A stretch of DNA of 64,000 nucleotides from Vicugna vicugna (Eukaryota), in the NCBI GenBank assembly GCA_013265495.1, contig MU058844.1, positions 1,618,941-1,682,940 on the forward strand. The letters run 5' to 3'. Both the position numbers and the translations under genes were made by a program. This document shows positions 37,076-51,260 of the stretch, piece after piece (positions within the stretch are counted from its first letter, which is position 1; every line of letters starts with the position of its first letter). A model generated the notes under the pieces. That model saw nothing but the letters and a program-made list of their open reading frames with translations, was not told the origin of the DNA and did not search any database.

Positions 37076-38428
37076 CATGCAGTCCTCCTCTTGTTATTTA
37101 ATGGGCAATTGAAAGGAAAAGAAAAAACCCTGGAACCTACCCATGAAAAATGTAAATGGCACTCCATCCTTCTGATATGCATCAAGCTAATTACAGTAAT
37201 AAATAAAATATGAATATTGGGAATAAGCAGGGTCAATCACTTCCCATTATTATTTAGTCTAAATGAACAGGTTATTTCATAGTGAGAGATTATAACACAT
37301 ATGCATGTGTTTTGCTACCAACAGCAGTGTGCTTTACTATGATGAGTGAAAATTATGTTTCTGAGTGTGCTTACATGTGCTGAGAGAGAGGTCAAAAGAT
37401 GTGGAAGGTCGTTTTATGGGTAAGGCTGTGGAGATGCTAGAGAAGAGGGGTGCTAGAGGGAGAGAGATTTTTATGATACAACAGGGCACAGAGGTGTGTG
37501 TGTGTGTAGTGGGGTAGGGGTTGGGGGTAGGTTTGGGTGAACAGCTATAAGATGCTCTCAGGACATTTATGCTGGGATTTGGAGAATCTTTTAATACTCT
37601 TCCATGTAAAAGTATGTGTTCCAGGGATAGTGCAGAGGTAAGTCCTCACAATGTGCACATAGCACTCACATTTAGTCTCAACAATTCATCCTAATATTTT
37701 TTTAAAAAACAAAGTACTATATACTTTGTACAATTATAATAGTAATGCACATTTTAATTGCATAATTGAAAATGACTAAAATAAACTATCAAATTTTATA
37801 AGTCCTTGCCACTATATATATAATTTTGAAAATTTGTAACAGCAGTAAGAAGAAATGACCTATCATAGAAAACCACTCTGAATAATTTAATGCATTTTAT
37901 TTTCAATTAATTTTATTCATTTAAAAATTGTTTGATATAATTATTCTAAATTCTGTTTTGCTGTTGTTTTTGTTTCCTTTTCTCTTGTCTATTAATTTTC
38001 ATATCCAATTATGAGACTGGGGTTCCAGATAGCCCGCAGAAGATGCCATATCTTTTTCTAAGTCATATAAAAATTTTCTAGAAAATACCTCTCACTATGC
38101 AGAGGCAAACATGTAGATATAACCACCTGAAAACATTAAAGAAACAGTTTCAAAGGTAGAAGGTTTCTACGGACTCCCAAGTACACGCTCTGTTCTGTTC
38201 CTTACTACGTGATACATAATTGCTTTTTAATTCAATGGGAGAACTCTTGATGCCAAATGTAAACTCTCTTCTCACCTATGCCAGTTTCACCTACAGCTAT
38301 AGCATTTTCCCCACAGTATCTATATTCATATTTCTCAGAAATTATCAACCTTTACAGGTGCAATACCTAGCACCACAGTCAATCAAAATATTTACTGACC
38401 AAATAAATAAGTTTATCTATGAGGAGGG

Positions 38429-38466
38429 TGTATTAGTTTTCCAGAGAAACAGAGCCAATAGGAGAT

Positions 38467-38511
<45 letters not shown>

Positions 38512-38919
38512 TAGAAAAATACTTATGACGAGGGATTGGCTAACCCAATTAAAAAGTCCTATGATCTGCTCTCTGCAAGCTGGAGGCCCAAGATAAATGG
38601 AGGCACAGTTCTGGTTGGTCCAAGGCCAAAGGATTGAGAACTAGAGAGCCAGTGGTCTAAGGTCTAGTCTGAATCTAAAGACCCAAAAACCAGGAGAGCC
38701 AGTGTCAGAGGACGGGAGAAGATGGATGTCCCAGCTCAAGTAGAGAGACCAAATGTGCCCTTCCTCCACCTTTATGTTCTATTCAGGCCCTTGATCTACC
38801 AATTCAAATACTAATCTCTTCTGGAAATACCCTCACAGTCATACCCAGAAATGATGTTTTACCAGCTATCTGGGCATCTCTTAGCCCAGTCAAGGTGACA
38901 CCCAAATTTAACCATCACA
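38429..38919 (-). mobile_element. MLT2B-like ERV-L solo LTR
   Basis: tgtattagttttccagagaaacagagccaatagg…gcaagctggagg…agcccagtcaaggtgacac…ttaaccatcaca. Confidence 0.9.
38467..38514. repeat. (GATA)/(GACA)n tetranucleotide repeat in MLT2
   Basis: Direct inspection. Confidence 0.9.
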
Positions 38920-39419
38920 GAAATTCAGTATTAAACATTGTTCAAAGAAGCTGAAGCACCGTGACAGACTATTCCAGGATGCCAGGGTTACTAAATTATT
39001 CAAAGGACAACGACTGGTCAGGACATCAGTCATGATCTCACTTCATAGCAGTGCCATTAAAATATTTAAGAAACATCAGTTAATCTATTTATACTTCTTG
39101 CTGGCTATGTCTTCAGAGTCAAAACCTACTTTCCCTGGACATTAGAACCACAGTAAGAATCAGGAACCAGCCTCAAGTCTACTAAATGCTTGGAAGCCCT
39201 CCAATGGACATCTGAGTAGTTTGAGGGTAACTATAGTGCATAAACATATCCATATAAATTTATCTAAATGTAAATGTGAAATCAACACTATGTGGCATTT
39301 AAGGGAAAGATGAGCATATCATGGAATCATACCAAGTAGAGCAGGGTATTGCAATTCCCAGGGTCAGGAAACCTCTGGCTTTAGTTGGTAAACTATTCTG
39401 TGACCACAAGATAGGCACA

Positions 39420-39510
39420 GATATAAAATTAAATAATATAAAATAATAAAATGAAATGAAATAAAGTAAAATAAAAATAAGATAAAACAAAAAATAAAAT
39501 AAAATAAAGC
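39420..39510. repeat. A-rich (TAAAA)n low-complexity tract
   Basis: Direct inspection. Confidence 0.8.
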
Positions 39511-39624
39511 AATTTATATAGCCCAATGTAATTCAGTCAGATCAAAAGTACAATAATTTGCTAAGAATCTGTGGCTCTCTTTGTCTAAAAGCCCCAAGAA
39601 TATTTCTCTAAACCAGTGGTTCAG

Positions 39625-40130
39625 GATATTTATTTCACCTTAGTAAATATCTATTTAGTACTTAAGCTGTGCCAAGAACCATACGTGATGCTGGAGCTAA
39701 AATAATGAATAAGACAGCAGAGCATGTAGGTCCTTGGAGCTTATCATCCAACAGGGAAGCAAGATCATTAAACATACAATTATAACGGAAGGTGTTTGTG
39801 GTGATGAAGAAGTACCGGATTAAGCGGAGAAACAGCATGGTGCTTATAATTGGGGTGTTAGGGAAAACTTTCCAGCCAAAGTGACAGCTAAGCTATGACC
39901 TAGACTACAGGTAAGGTTTAGCCCATTAAAGCTGGAACAACAGTATGAGAAAGGGGAACAACAACAAAAGCAATTAAAGAAAATAAACAAAATTTGGGTA
40001 AAAAGAACAGCATGTGTAAAAACTGTGGAGATTGAGAGATGTGTGTCTGTGACCCATATTTTAAGATGCAGAATGGCAAGAGATGAGACTGGAGAGCTAA
40101 TCTGGCCTTATTTTCCATCAATTCTCTGGG
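39625..40130 (-). mobile_element. L2 fragment
   Basis: gtaaatatctatttagtacttaagctgtgcca…aatgaataagaca…ccttggagctta…gaacagcatgtgtaaa…gagatgagactggagag. Confidence 0.75.
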
Positions 40131-42019
40131 AAGTCAATAGGAAGTATAAAAAATAATTGAATGTATTTAGGAAATGTGGGTCAGCCCCACAGGACTTCTC
40201 AGAGCCTTTACTATGTTAATATGCAGACAGATCTCCAATGTTTATAGTTCCTGACTTAAATTATTGTCTTGCAACTGTTGTGCTTTTTCTGATGTCTGTA
40301 GGAAGTTGGCACTGTGACCACCTCCCTCTTTCTCTTTAACCTGGAGAAAAAAGTGATACAAGAGAAAGATATCAAATGGGATTTAGGTAGCAGTATATGA
40401 TTTCTTGGCATATTTCCACTGTCCTGTACCTACAGTGTATCTCATCCACAGTGGAATCCTGACTAATTCCAAAACCTTTATTTTTTTCAATGAGTTATCG
40501 GTATGCATAGTCATCTCCACACAAAGTTCACAGTAGACAGAGACCATCTACCCCCTATAATGATTTTTTTTCCCTCACTCCTAAAGGAGTGTCTTTCTAT
40601 ATTGGGTGCACATTTTAAAGGCTTTGATATATTCTACTACTCCAGAAGCTTGTTTTATTTGGCAGCCTCCACTACCCCACTGCAAAATGAATGAATGAGT
40701 AAATAAATATATAAATAAATAAGAATACAGGCAGCATGCTCCAAGAACTCTTCATCTTCTTGACAGAAAAATCAATGTACAGTGGGTCTGGAAATCGAGA
40801 CCGTTGAGCTGAATTTTTGTTTACCTTCCAAATAATTCCAATTTCTGCTGTCATCAAGATGGTAAAAAGAGAGCTTTCCCACGTTCCCATTTCATAAATC
40901 TCTTTATGGATCATGACAAGCCTTTTGTAATTATGTTCATTCAAATTCTAAATTCTGCCCAAATGCAGCTGACAGACTGCAGACAGTTAAGTGTTGGGAA
41001 TGGTACAAATAAATCCTGTATCTGATAATTATTTATTGATCTGCAAAGAGCATTTGACTTGGATCAGTACTAGAACAAAGACACAAAGGTAGTCCAAATG
41101 TTGAAAGCTAATAATAATCATATTGAGAACAGTACAGACAGGCGCACCTCCGTAACATGGGTCAGAGTTGAAATGTTCTTGCTAGAAGAATAAGACTTCC
41201 TTCCATTTCAATTTCTTTTGACATGTGAATGTTTAAAAATTAGTGGCTTCTGTTTCCATACCCAACTCCCAATTTAAGAAGCTCCTTTAAATATCTGTTA
41301 TTATCTCAGCCACTGCACCACAACCTCGTGATTGGTGTTGAAAATGTATAAATTTATAAATTAGGAATAGAAATTTGTAGTCACTGACCAATCAGTGTTT
41401 TTAAAAATTTTATATTAGCAAAAGGTCGATGACAAAGCAATCTCCTCAACTCTTCCATTCATTTTGCAAGTGGAGATCTGACTTTTGTTTTAGGCAAAGG
41501 TTTCTCTGTACAGTCATTGAAACAGTCCTACCCAAAACGCATGGTTGAATGGTGCCATTACAGTCCCATCTGTTAAGCTGAACTCCACCGACTGGGGGGC
41601 CCTTACTTTCCATAAGGTTGGTAAACTTACGTTTATATCTACAGGAACAAATCAAAATAACCCATGTACCCTTATCTATCATTAGATCAGTCTCAAACAT
41701 AAAGGTGCCCAAGGCTTAGCTGATCAGCTTGTTCTTGGTTCTCATGTCTACACATTCTCTTCTAATAAGTCTGAATTAGGTTCCAGGATTTTTTTCATTT
41801 TTATCAGCATTCAGGTAGTACAAATGCAAGTGCTCCTTCAGCTTAGAGATTTTTCATCTTTGTATTCCTGATACCCAACACAGCACCTCATACATTTTAG
41901 ACTCTTAAAAATTATCTTTTAAACAAAACTAAATTAAAAGAAATGGAAATTTCACTGGACAGGAGCATGGCTGTCTTAGTCAAAACAGGCTGGATTTGCA
42001 TCAGGAAGAAATCCCACTG

Positions 42020-42385
42020 AAGTATCAGTTCTTCACATATCAGTTCTTCACAGGCCTATGGTCTGGGCCACTCTCCAAGGGCAGATAGTGTCCTTGAAGC
42101 CACTCAGGGATCCAAGCTGACAAAGGCGTTACTATAATGCAACTTTACCTTAGAGCTGCATACTCCAGCTGTGGTGACTTTCAAAATCACCATAGAAGGT
42201 GATTCCCTATCAATTAAGGATTTGAACTTGGGGTTGATGCACAGTAGTTTATTCCTGGTCTTTTGGCCAGAACTAGCACGTGGCCCTACCAAACTGCAAG
42301 GTGGCTGGAACGTGTGACATTCCTGTGTCCCCAGAAAGAGAGAACTGATTGTGATGAACCATAGGGGTTTCTATCTCTGACAGTA
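42020..42385 (-). mobile_element. Old MLT1 (J/K-like) LTR
   Basis: cactcagggatccaagctgac…ttggccagaactagcacgtggcccta…aactgcaaggtggctggaa. Confidence 0.7.
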
Positions 42386-43059
42386 ATGTATGAGTCGTTT
42401 TTTCATATGCTTTTATGTGACGTTTTAGGTAATGCTCAAATACCATTTACAGACTCCCCTACTCCAGCTCCCCTGTCATGTCCCCCAGTGCAGCTCAACC
42501 CATACACAACTACTGTTTTCATGGAAGAGTCCATGAATGACAAGATCACAAAAAAGATATAATATCTTTTGTAGACATCCCCACAAAGTCTTACACTCGT
42601 AAAACATGATATCAATCATGCTCAAAGATTAAGGCCTGAGTTTTAGAGAGTTAAAAAATGTACTCGGAGAATCGAACACACAGCAGAAAAGGTCTCCAAG
42701 AGCATGTGTTTGGTGGTTAGCTACCAAACAAAATACTTTCAGATTTAACCCAAATAATGGTTAATTCTTCCAGGGTTGATGTCAGTATTTTGTGTGCCAA
42801 ATAGCACTGTGGATTGGGAAGCTATTTGAGATGTCTGCAATATGCCCAAAGAATAGGGTTTCATGTGTTATCACTGCTATATGGGAGTAGAATAGAGACC
42901 CAGTGGACAGTTTTAAAATTTGTCTTAAAAACCTAGTTAAACTAGCTGTTAGTATCAGTCAAATAAATATTTTTAAACTGAAACCTGTAAGTTTTTTTGT
43001 TACTATATGAAGACGATAAGAACTAGTTGTACACTCAGTTTTAAAAGCAGTGATTTCCC

Positions 43060-43700
43060 CCAGAGTTTTAAGTAAATGGTTAAAAATATTTAAGTATTAC
43101 AAAAGTAATAGATGCTTTTAAGTAAAGTCAAACAAAACAAATTGAAGGTCTCTTACTTTGTCCTTTCCAAATCCCAGATGTTGAAACTTTGTTTCTTGAT
43201 TTAGCTCCTTCCAAACTTTCCATATGTATACAAAAGCACACACATGCAAGCAAACACTAGCCACATACTATATCTTTATCCACATACTATAAATACATTT
43301 TGGTTTCATCTTGTCCTTAAGTAAAATGAAAATAGAGAAGGGTCAATATTTCCTTACTCTTATCCCTGGTACCAAACACAGTGTCTAGCACATCATGATG
43401 CTTAGTTGATCATCTGATGTACAAATAGACTCAAGTTAACAAGACATCTTAGACAGTTTGTGATATGAGTCTTATCATTTTTAATGATGCTATAGTATTC
43501 CATAATATAAATGTGCTATAATATTTTCAACTGTTTTCTATTGATAGGTATCTAAGTTTTTTCTATTCTTTCACTATTATAAACAATTCAGAAATTGTTC
43601 ACTAGGATGAATATTTCTGTCAGACAGATTCCTGGAAATGGAATGTTTAGCTCAAAGTCATGAACATTTTAAATTTTGAGAGACCCAAGTGATATGGTTC
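43060..43700 (-). mobile_element. L1ME4-like fragments, with an internal L2 piece
   Basis: catttttaatgatgctatagtattcc…ctattgataggtatctaag…attcctggaaatggaatg. Confidence 0.6.
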
Positions 43701-45214
43701 TTCACCTTTCTGGGAGAATCACAGAACCATCTGACAACCTGATGAAAGTTAATGTACCCTCTTCCAGTAAATTGTACAAATGTTCTATACAATTTCTGAA
43801 GCTTCTAGGCATAACTCCTACATTAAGACTCAATGTTTTAGAGTGTTCCATTAACTACCGAGGTTGATTTTGTCATAAAGGATCTCAACTTTTAGTTACA
43901 ACATGGTCTGCCAACTTTTCCTTCAGAAGACAGACGTTCTCTGAAAGGAGAATTGTAAGATCTTGAAATACTACATCTAATTTGTCCCATGCAAGTTTTA
44001 AGCTCGGTTTACTCAATTTCAAAGGCAAATACTTCAGTGTCAGTGCACTAGTATGACCACATGAGCTTCCACACTCTGTCACATTAAAATCCCCAGTTAA
44101 GCCATGATTTTCTTATTTCCTTCTTGAAGTTTCCCTAAGTGCTCTAGCCACAGTGATATTACCAAATTTTTTAAGAAAAAGGGGAACACAGTCTGTTTCC
44201 ACTCAGATTGCATCAGGTTGGATTAAGTAAGAACTTGAATATTGCCTAGCCCAAACATAAGAGTTGCAATAAGTCAGAAAAGGGAAGTACATACAAGTGA
44301 AGACAGTTACTAATGGCTAAGAGAATGCTTGGTCAGCAGACATACCAATGGGGGTACTCAGACCAGCCCACACCAGGGCATTTGGGTCAAAGCAATTGCT
44401 AGTTTATAATTCTGAATCAAAAAAGAAACTGTGAAGTACCTGGGACACCAGCATCGGTATCTCACCTCCACACACACACCCTGATTCTTCTGTTCTCTAA
44501 ATGAGATCATTTTCCTTAAAAGAAAAAACTAAAATTAATTTCAATAATCCTCCTCTCCAATATCAGAGAAAACAAAGCCTGAGCTAGAATAAGAGATGTA
44601 AATTTCAGCTGCCTTCAGGACGAAGGATGCTTCTCTTTAAGGAACTGTGACTAATTTACATAAGAAAAAGTACTCTTGGTTTACTTAGATACAGATGATT
44701 GAGGCCTTTCCTCACTCACTTCTGAAGGAGGAACATTTGGATATTGCAGAGAACTGATTCTAACATCTTCAGAGAGTGGAATCACTTGGCTGGGCTCATT
44801 TCCTGGCTTCTGTGTTTTCATAGCACAGAGTTTCAAAGACATGTAAAGCCAACAAAGGCTTAAAATTCTCGGTCTCTATCAAAACAAATCTGCCATTTCC
44901 TGCTTCACTTTTTCAGGGAGGCTTATTACAGTCCTAAATTTGAAACTTGTTAGAAAATAAAATCTACACCTGTCTTTAGATCATTCCTAAAAACTAACAG
45001 TCTCCTATTTTATAGTAAATGCTATTGTACACAAACTTAAAATTCATGATTAATATCACTGAGTAAAAATGTTACCAGACTTGAGTTTTTAAATTAGGAA
45101 AGAAAATGTGTATATGTTTTCTCCTACTGCCCTTTAAGAAATCAAACTGAAGTTCAACTCAGGTAGGAAACAGGTTAATGCCAAAAAAATTCTTAATCCA
45201 GACCCTTGTTACAC

Positions 45215-45370
45215 AAAGGGTGTTTTTTGCATCAAGAGTGTCAAAATCACCTGGGAGTTACTAGAAGTGCAGAATCTGGAGCCCTACTGGAGATCTATCT
45301 ATTCTTGATAAGCATTTTTACAAGATCCCCGGGTAATTTGTATACACAATAAAGTTTAAGGAACACTGAT
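45215..45370. mobile_element. MER5B-like hAT element
   Basis: aatcacctgggag…gcatttttacaagatccccgggtaatt…aaagtttaaggaacactg. Confidence 0.75.
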
Positions 45371-45889
45371 CTAGGCCACCTTTGTGAAGCTACTTAGAGA
45401 CACAAAGTGTTTCATCCCTTAAAATGCATTATTGTGTGACTAATGCTAGCTACCATGGGTATTTATTCTCCCCAAGATTACAGCACTCCAGGTAAATTCA
45501 CTGAGCAGGACATGTATGGAAGAACACGACCTTGAGGAAATCTAATCAGAAACAGAAAGTCAAAAAGTCAAGTTCTTCACGGCCATGTTAAGATCCTTGT
45601 GCAGAAAACATTACTGCAGAATGACCAAATAAGGATAAGAGTATGATTCAATTCAAACCAGAAGCTTTAGCTGCAAAAACAAACAACTAAAAAAAAATGA
45701 AGGGCTCAAAATAATAAATAAAAACAGGCTCGCTTTGTTTTACATTGTACATTTATATTGATAATTTAACTAATTATTAATTAAAATTAGTCTTTAATAA
45801 CTTTTTAACTTTAATCCCCAAATAATACTATTTTTTGTTGTTGTTCTTTATCATTCTTTCTTAATAGAGGCTCTGAGAAGCAATACTAA

Positions 45890-46195
45890 AACTTTGTTCA
45901 TATACTCAATAAACATCATAAAATGCCAGATACTGCTTTAGGTATTTAAGATACAATTAGTAAAGAAAAAAAAATGTCTACCTTTGTAATGCTTGCATTC
46001 TTATGTGGAAACATCAGCAATACATACCAAGAAGAAGTAAACTGTATAGTAGGTTGGAAGCGGTAAGTGCTATAAAGAGCAGGGCTGAAAGTGGGTAGAG
46101 GGTTGCCAGGACAACCAGTTGTGGAGGTACCACTGAGCAAAACTTGAAGGAAGTGAGAAAAATAGGAGAAAGTAGAGGAAGGTCTAATGTTTTGG
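45890..46195 (-). mobile_element. L2 fragment
   Basis: ttcatatactcaataaacat…tgccagatactg…gcttgcattct…gtaagtgctataaaga…tgagcaaaacttgaaggaagtgag. Confidence 0.75.
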
Positions 46196-46239
46196 CCAGT
46201 GAATGATAAATATAAATCTCTTCCATATATTTACTATTT

Positions 46240-48583
46240 TTCTTTTTTTCTTCCACTTTTATTGAGATATAGTTGACATATAGCACTATGTAAGTTAAAG
46301 GTGTACAGTGTAATGATTTGATTTACATGCATCATGAGATGATTATGGCAATGAGTGAAAATTCATCTCATATAAGAAGGAAATAATATTTTTTCCTTAT
46401 GATGAGAACTCTTAGGATTTACTCTCTTAATAACTTTTATATGTAACATACAGCAATGTTAAATATATTAATCATGTTGTACATTACATCCCTAGTACTT
46501 ATTTATCTTGTAACTGGAAATTTGTACCTTTTGAACACTTTCATCCAATCCCCTTTCCCCTCACCTGCTGCCTCTTTTAACCACAAATATGATCTTTTTT
46601 CATGAGTTTGTTCGTTTTTGAAGTATAAATGACCTACAGCACTATGTTTGTTCCTGGAGCACAGCATTATAATTCAATATTTATCCATATTATAAAATGA
46701 TCACCACAATAAGTCTAGTTAAGATCTGTCACCATACAAAGATATCACATTATTATTGGCTATATTTCCCATACTGTACATTTCATGTCTCTGATTCATT
46801 TACTTTGTAACTGAAGGTTTGTAAACGCCTCTAATTTTCCTCATTTATTTCCCTCATTCTTCAATTCTCCTCCCCTCCAGCAACCACCTGTTTGTTCTCT
46901 GTATGTATGACTCAGATTCTGTTTTATGTTCATTCATTTAGTTTTTTAATTCCATATATAAGTGAAATCATACAATTTTTGTCTTTTTCTGTCTGACTTA
47001 TTTCACTCAGTATAATACCTCTAGGTCTACCACATTGCTGCAAATGGCAAAATCTCACTCTTTTATGGTTGAGTAATATTCCACCATTTTTTATATATAT
47101 ATATATATATATATAGTTTTATATATATTTTATATATATTATATACATATGTTATATATATATTNNNNNNNNNNNNTATATATAATATATATATATATGA
47201 TATACCACATATTATTTATCCATATCATCTATCAATGGGCACTTAGGTTGCTTCTGTATCTTGGCTATTGTAAATAATGCTGCAGTGAACATAGGGGCAT
47301 ATATATCTTTCCAAATTAGTGCTTTTGTTTCCTTTGGAAAACTGCCCAGAAATGGAATTGCTGGATCACATGGTAGTTCTATTTTTAATTTTTCTGAGGA
47401 AACTCTATACTGTTTCCCATAGTGGCTGCACCAATTTACATTCCCACCAACAATGTAGAAGGGCTCCATTTCTCCACACCCTCTCCAGCATTTGTTATTT
47501 GTAGACTTTTTAATAATGGCCATATTGACTGGTGTGAGGTGATACCTCATTGTGGTTTTGATTTGCATTTCTTTAATAATTAGCAATGTTGAGCATCTTT
47601 TCATGTGCCTGTTGGCCATCTGCATGTTTTTGGAAAAACGTCTATTCAGGTCATTTGCCCATTTTTAAATCTTTTTTTGGTGTGTGTATGTTGAGTTGTA
47701 TGAGTTCTTTGTGTATTCTGGATATTATCCCTTCATGAGATATTTTGTTTGCAAGTATCTTCTCCCATTTAGTAGTTGCCTTTTCATTTTGTTGATAGCT
47801 TCCTTCAATATGCAAAAGCTTTTTAGTTTGATGTAGCCCCATCTGTTTATTTTGCCTTTGTTTCCATTATCTCAGGAGACATTTCAAAAAAAAAAAAGTA
47901 TTGCTAGGATAAAGAGTATACTGCCTATGTTTTCTTCTAGGAGTTTTATGGTTTCAGGTCTTATATAAGTCTTTATTTCATTTTGAGTGTATTTTTATAT
48001 ATAGTATGAAAAAGTAGTCCAGTTTGATTGTTTTGCATGGAACTGTCCAGTTTTCCCAACACCATTTATTGGAGAAGCTATCTTTCTCCAGTGTTTATTC
48101 TTGCCTGCTTTGTCAGAGATTAATTGCCCATAGCTGTGTCAGTTCATTTCGGGTTCTCTATTCTGCTTCACTGATACATGAGTCTGTTTTTTTGCCATAC
48201 TGTTTTGATTATGGTAACTTTGCAGTATAGTTTGAAATCAGGGAGCATGATACTTCAGTTTTGCTCTTTCTCAGGATTATTTTGGTTATTTTTGTGTTTT
48301 CATACAAATTTTAGAATTATTTATTCTAGTTCTGTGAAAAGTGCCATTGGCATTTTGATAGAAATTGCATTGAATCTCCTAATCGCCTTGGGCAGTATTA
48401 TCATTTTTACAATATTTATTCTTCCAATCCATGAGCATGTTATATCTTTCCATGTGTTTGTGTCATCTTCAATTTCTTTCATCAGTGTCATAGTTTTCCG
48501 AGTACAGGTCTTTCACCTCCATAGTTAGATTTATTCTTAGGTATTTCATTCTTTTTAATGCAATTGTAAATGAATTGTTTTCT
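46240..48583 (-). mobile_element. 5'-truncated L1 (about 2.3 kb): decayed ORF2 C-terminal region plus full 3'UTR
   Basis: ORF 47212-47625 ([31 protein letters not shown]…WCSHYGKQ…[10 protein letters not shown]) is the L1 ORF2p C-terminus. Frameshifts and stops upstream. Confidence 0.95.
47093..47198. repeat. (TA)n tract containing a 12-N assembly gap (47165-47176)
   Basis: Direct inspection. Confidence 0.95.
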
Positions 48584-50068
48584 ACACTTAAGGAAGAGCA
48601 AAGGAGGGAAGGGCTCTCCTGCCTTGTAGTAGGATTGACGATTCACTGCTGTAGCAATAGTGGACAACACCACTATAATTTTGTATATCATTCTTTCTGG
48701 TGAGCTATAAATTCAGCTGAGAGAGAACTCAGATTTAATTTTTAATGGCCCTTATTTTAAATGCAATTATGTCTAGAAATTAAATACATAGCAATAACTT
48801 TATTATGTGCTTAATATGTATAAAATTTTAGCTTTTTCTAATCTTGGAACAAGGTATTTTTATCCTTAATTTAGAGATAAGAAAACACAGGATCTGAGAT
48901 GATGAGATGGCTTCTCTCTGAAGCCAAAGTAACAATTTTTGTTTACTAAGCCACTCCCACAATTTGAGCTCAATGCATTAGATTAGATACCTGTAAACTG
49001 TAATTTCATTACAAGCTTACTTATGGGATGGACTATACAAATCTCTCATTGCAGACTTCATACAGTAGTAACAAACACAAAAAGAGACTAAACAGACAAG
49101 TAAATAAGTGTTCCATGACAGCTTCAATACTTAAACCAAAATACAACTTCAAGGTCATAATACAGTGTTTATAATAAAACTGTATTTATTGGTCTTTTAA
49201 TCTACAAACACTATCATGTTCCACAAAGTTTTTTTCATTGAATTCTTCCTATGAGTTGGAGACTGTATCATGTATTCTAAATATATAATTGCAATTTATC
49301 TTAATAACATTATTTTAGAGATGAGAAAACAGGCCTAGAGAGGTTAAGATGGATGTGTTAAGTTCCATGATGAATGGTGAGTCTTAGCACCTTGATTGGA
49401 GTTGTAGAAACTTCTATGTAAAGAACTGTTCAAGGTACCCAGTGCAGAGGTAAGGAACAGCCCATTGGAACATAGTAAATCTAGGGATGAGTAAGGGGTG
49501 ATTATCTTGGACTATAAGATATCTTAGACTACGGACAGAAGTCAGGACAAAATACTAATTGTGCTTCTAGAAAGAAGGTTCAGAAATCAACTGCATTGCA
49601 TGTTAATACAAATCTCCCAATTCTGCCCATCAAGGTACCAGCAGAGGACCTAGACTGTCTAGGTAATGTATCTTTATATAGTTCTTCTTGCTAGGAGGTG
49701 GGGGGCAAAAGCTCTCTCAGGCTCTGAAATGACTCTTAGTGTCCCTGCTCATCATAAGCAACTGGCAAACTGAGATGAAAAATGAGACTGAAAAATTAAA
49801 CAGCACCGTGTTAGTTCTAAGTACAATAAGCTATTGATAACAGAGATCCTGAGTCATCAAGAATACACTTAAGGAAACAGAGATGTGTGCAGCATATGAT
49901 AGAAAGCTTTTCATTTAAAATGGTTAAACTGAGAGTCTAGGCACTTGATCTGGCAAGTTTTATGAACCCTACTGGAGCATGCACTTTATGTGGAATTCTC
50001 ATTTCCTGACAGCCTTGGATAGATCAGGCCGAGCTGTGATAATGTTCATCTCTGTGCATTATAATGAA

Positions 50069-50082
50069 GCTGCCATGGTAAC
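50069..50082. promoter_or_regulatory. RFX X-box-like palindrome
   Basis: GCTGCCATGGTAAC, one mismatch from GTTRCCATGGYAAC. Confidence 0.4.
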
Positions 50083-51197
50083 TCTAGAAATCACTTTAAA
50101 AATGTGCAATTTTAAAAGTTCATTTCTCAGGAAGAAAAAAGATTAGCACAGCTGTAACACGCATAATAATCTAATGAGACTTGAAAGGAACATTTGGGCA
50201 AAAAACACATAGAGAGAGACTGCTTAGATTTCACAATTGCACTGTCCTGAGAATAACGTGGTCCACTCACGACTTCCCTAATCGATGAAACAAGGGGGAC
50301 ATTAGGTCAGAAACTTAATTAAATTTTGGTGCATATAACCCAACAGGAGAGCTCATTCAGCTCCTACATGAGCTCAAGATGCTTCCTAAGTAAATCTCAG
50401 AAATGCATGCATAGAAAATTTTATGTACTTGTCACTTTCATAATTTAAGGAGCCTAGGTATAATAAATGTTCCTAGCATTAGTTATTTAGGAAAGGTTGA
50501 CTGTACCTTTTATGACAGGTCACAGAAATTCAGACTCAGAAGGAAACAAATGTGACACGTGGGAATTGGGTCCATTTCCAAAGTGAAATGGCTATCCTCA
50601 GCTCCACCCATCCCCAGCTTTTTGAGAGGAAAAAAGGCATAAATCAACACCCAAGGTCTCTTTTTCCATAACCATATTGTGGAAAACATTTATCTTTTTT
50701 TCTAAGGGAGATTGTAACTTCTTAAAAGTTCACTGCATTTTGGAGACTGAATCAGTGCGACTGACCTAAGATATGACGTGCTCAGGAGGTCCTGTTATCT
50801 CTGGGACCTCGTAAGCACCAGAAGCATGCATTCCTGGAGGCATGATGTGATGACTTCTTGAAGTGGGATGTTTAATTGGAATGTCTTTTCCAGTGTTTTT
50901 CTTGAAGGCTTACAATTTAGGATCAGGGCCCTGGCTGAAAATTCAAGTAAGTCAAATTTAATAAATCTTTATTAGCAGAAGCCTTTTATGTCCATCTGCT
51001 AATAGAAGAAGCATCCTATGTATATGCCACATTCCACATTGCTCAGAAAACTGTTTACAAAGTTTAAGTAGTTATTAGTCTCACAATTGCCTTTTAAAGA
51101 AACTAAGCTACATTGTCCAGGAGTCATAGAATTCCATTTCCCCACTGTAGTTAAAGAGAAGGACAGTGAAACTGTTTGATTGATACCCCCAACCTCG

Positions 51198-51216
51198 CAC
51201 ACACACATACATACAT

Positions 51217-51248
<32 letters not shown>

Positions 51249-51260
51249 CCCACACACACA
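51198..51260. repeat. Compound (CA)n/(CATA)n microsatellite
   Basis: Direct inspection. Confidence 0.9.

Noticed and set aside
46240..48583. Active or intact L1
   Set aside because: It is 5'-truncated, lacks ORF1, the endonuclease and most of the RT, and has multiple frameshifts and stops.
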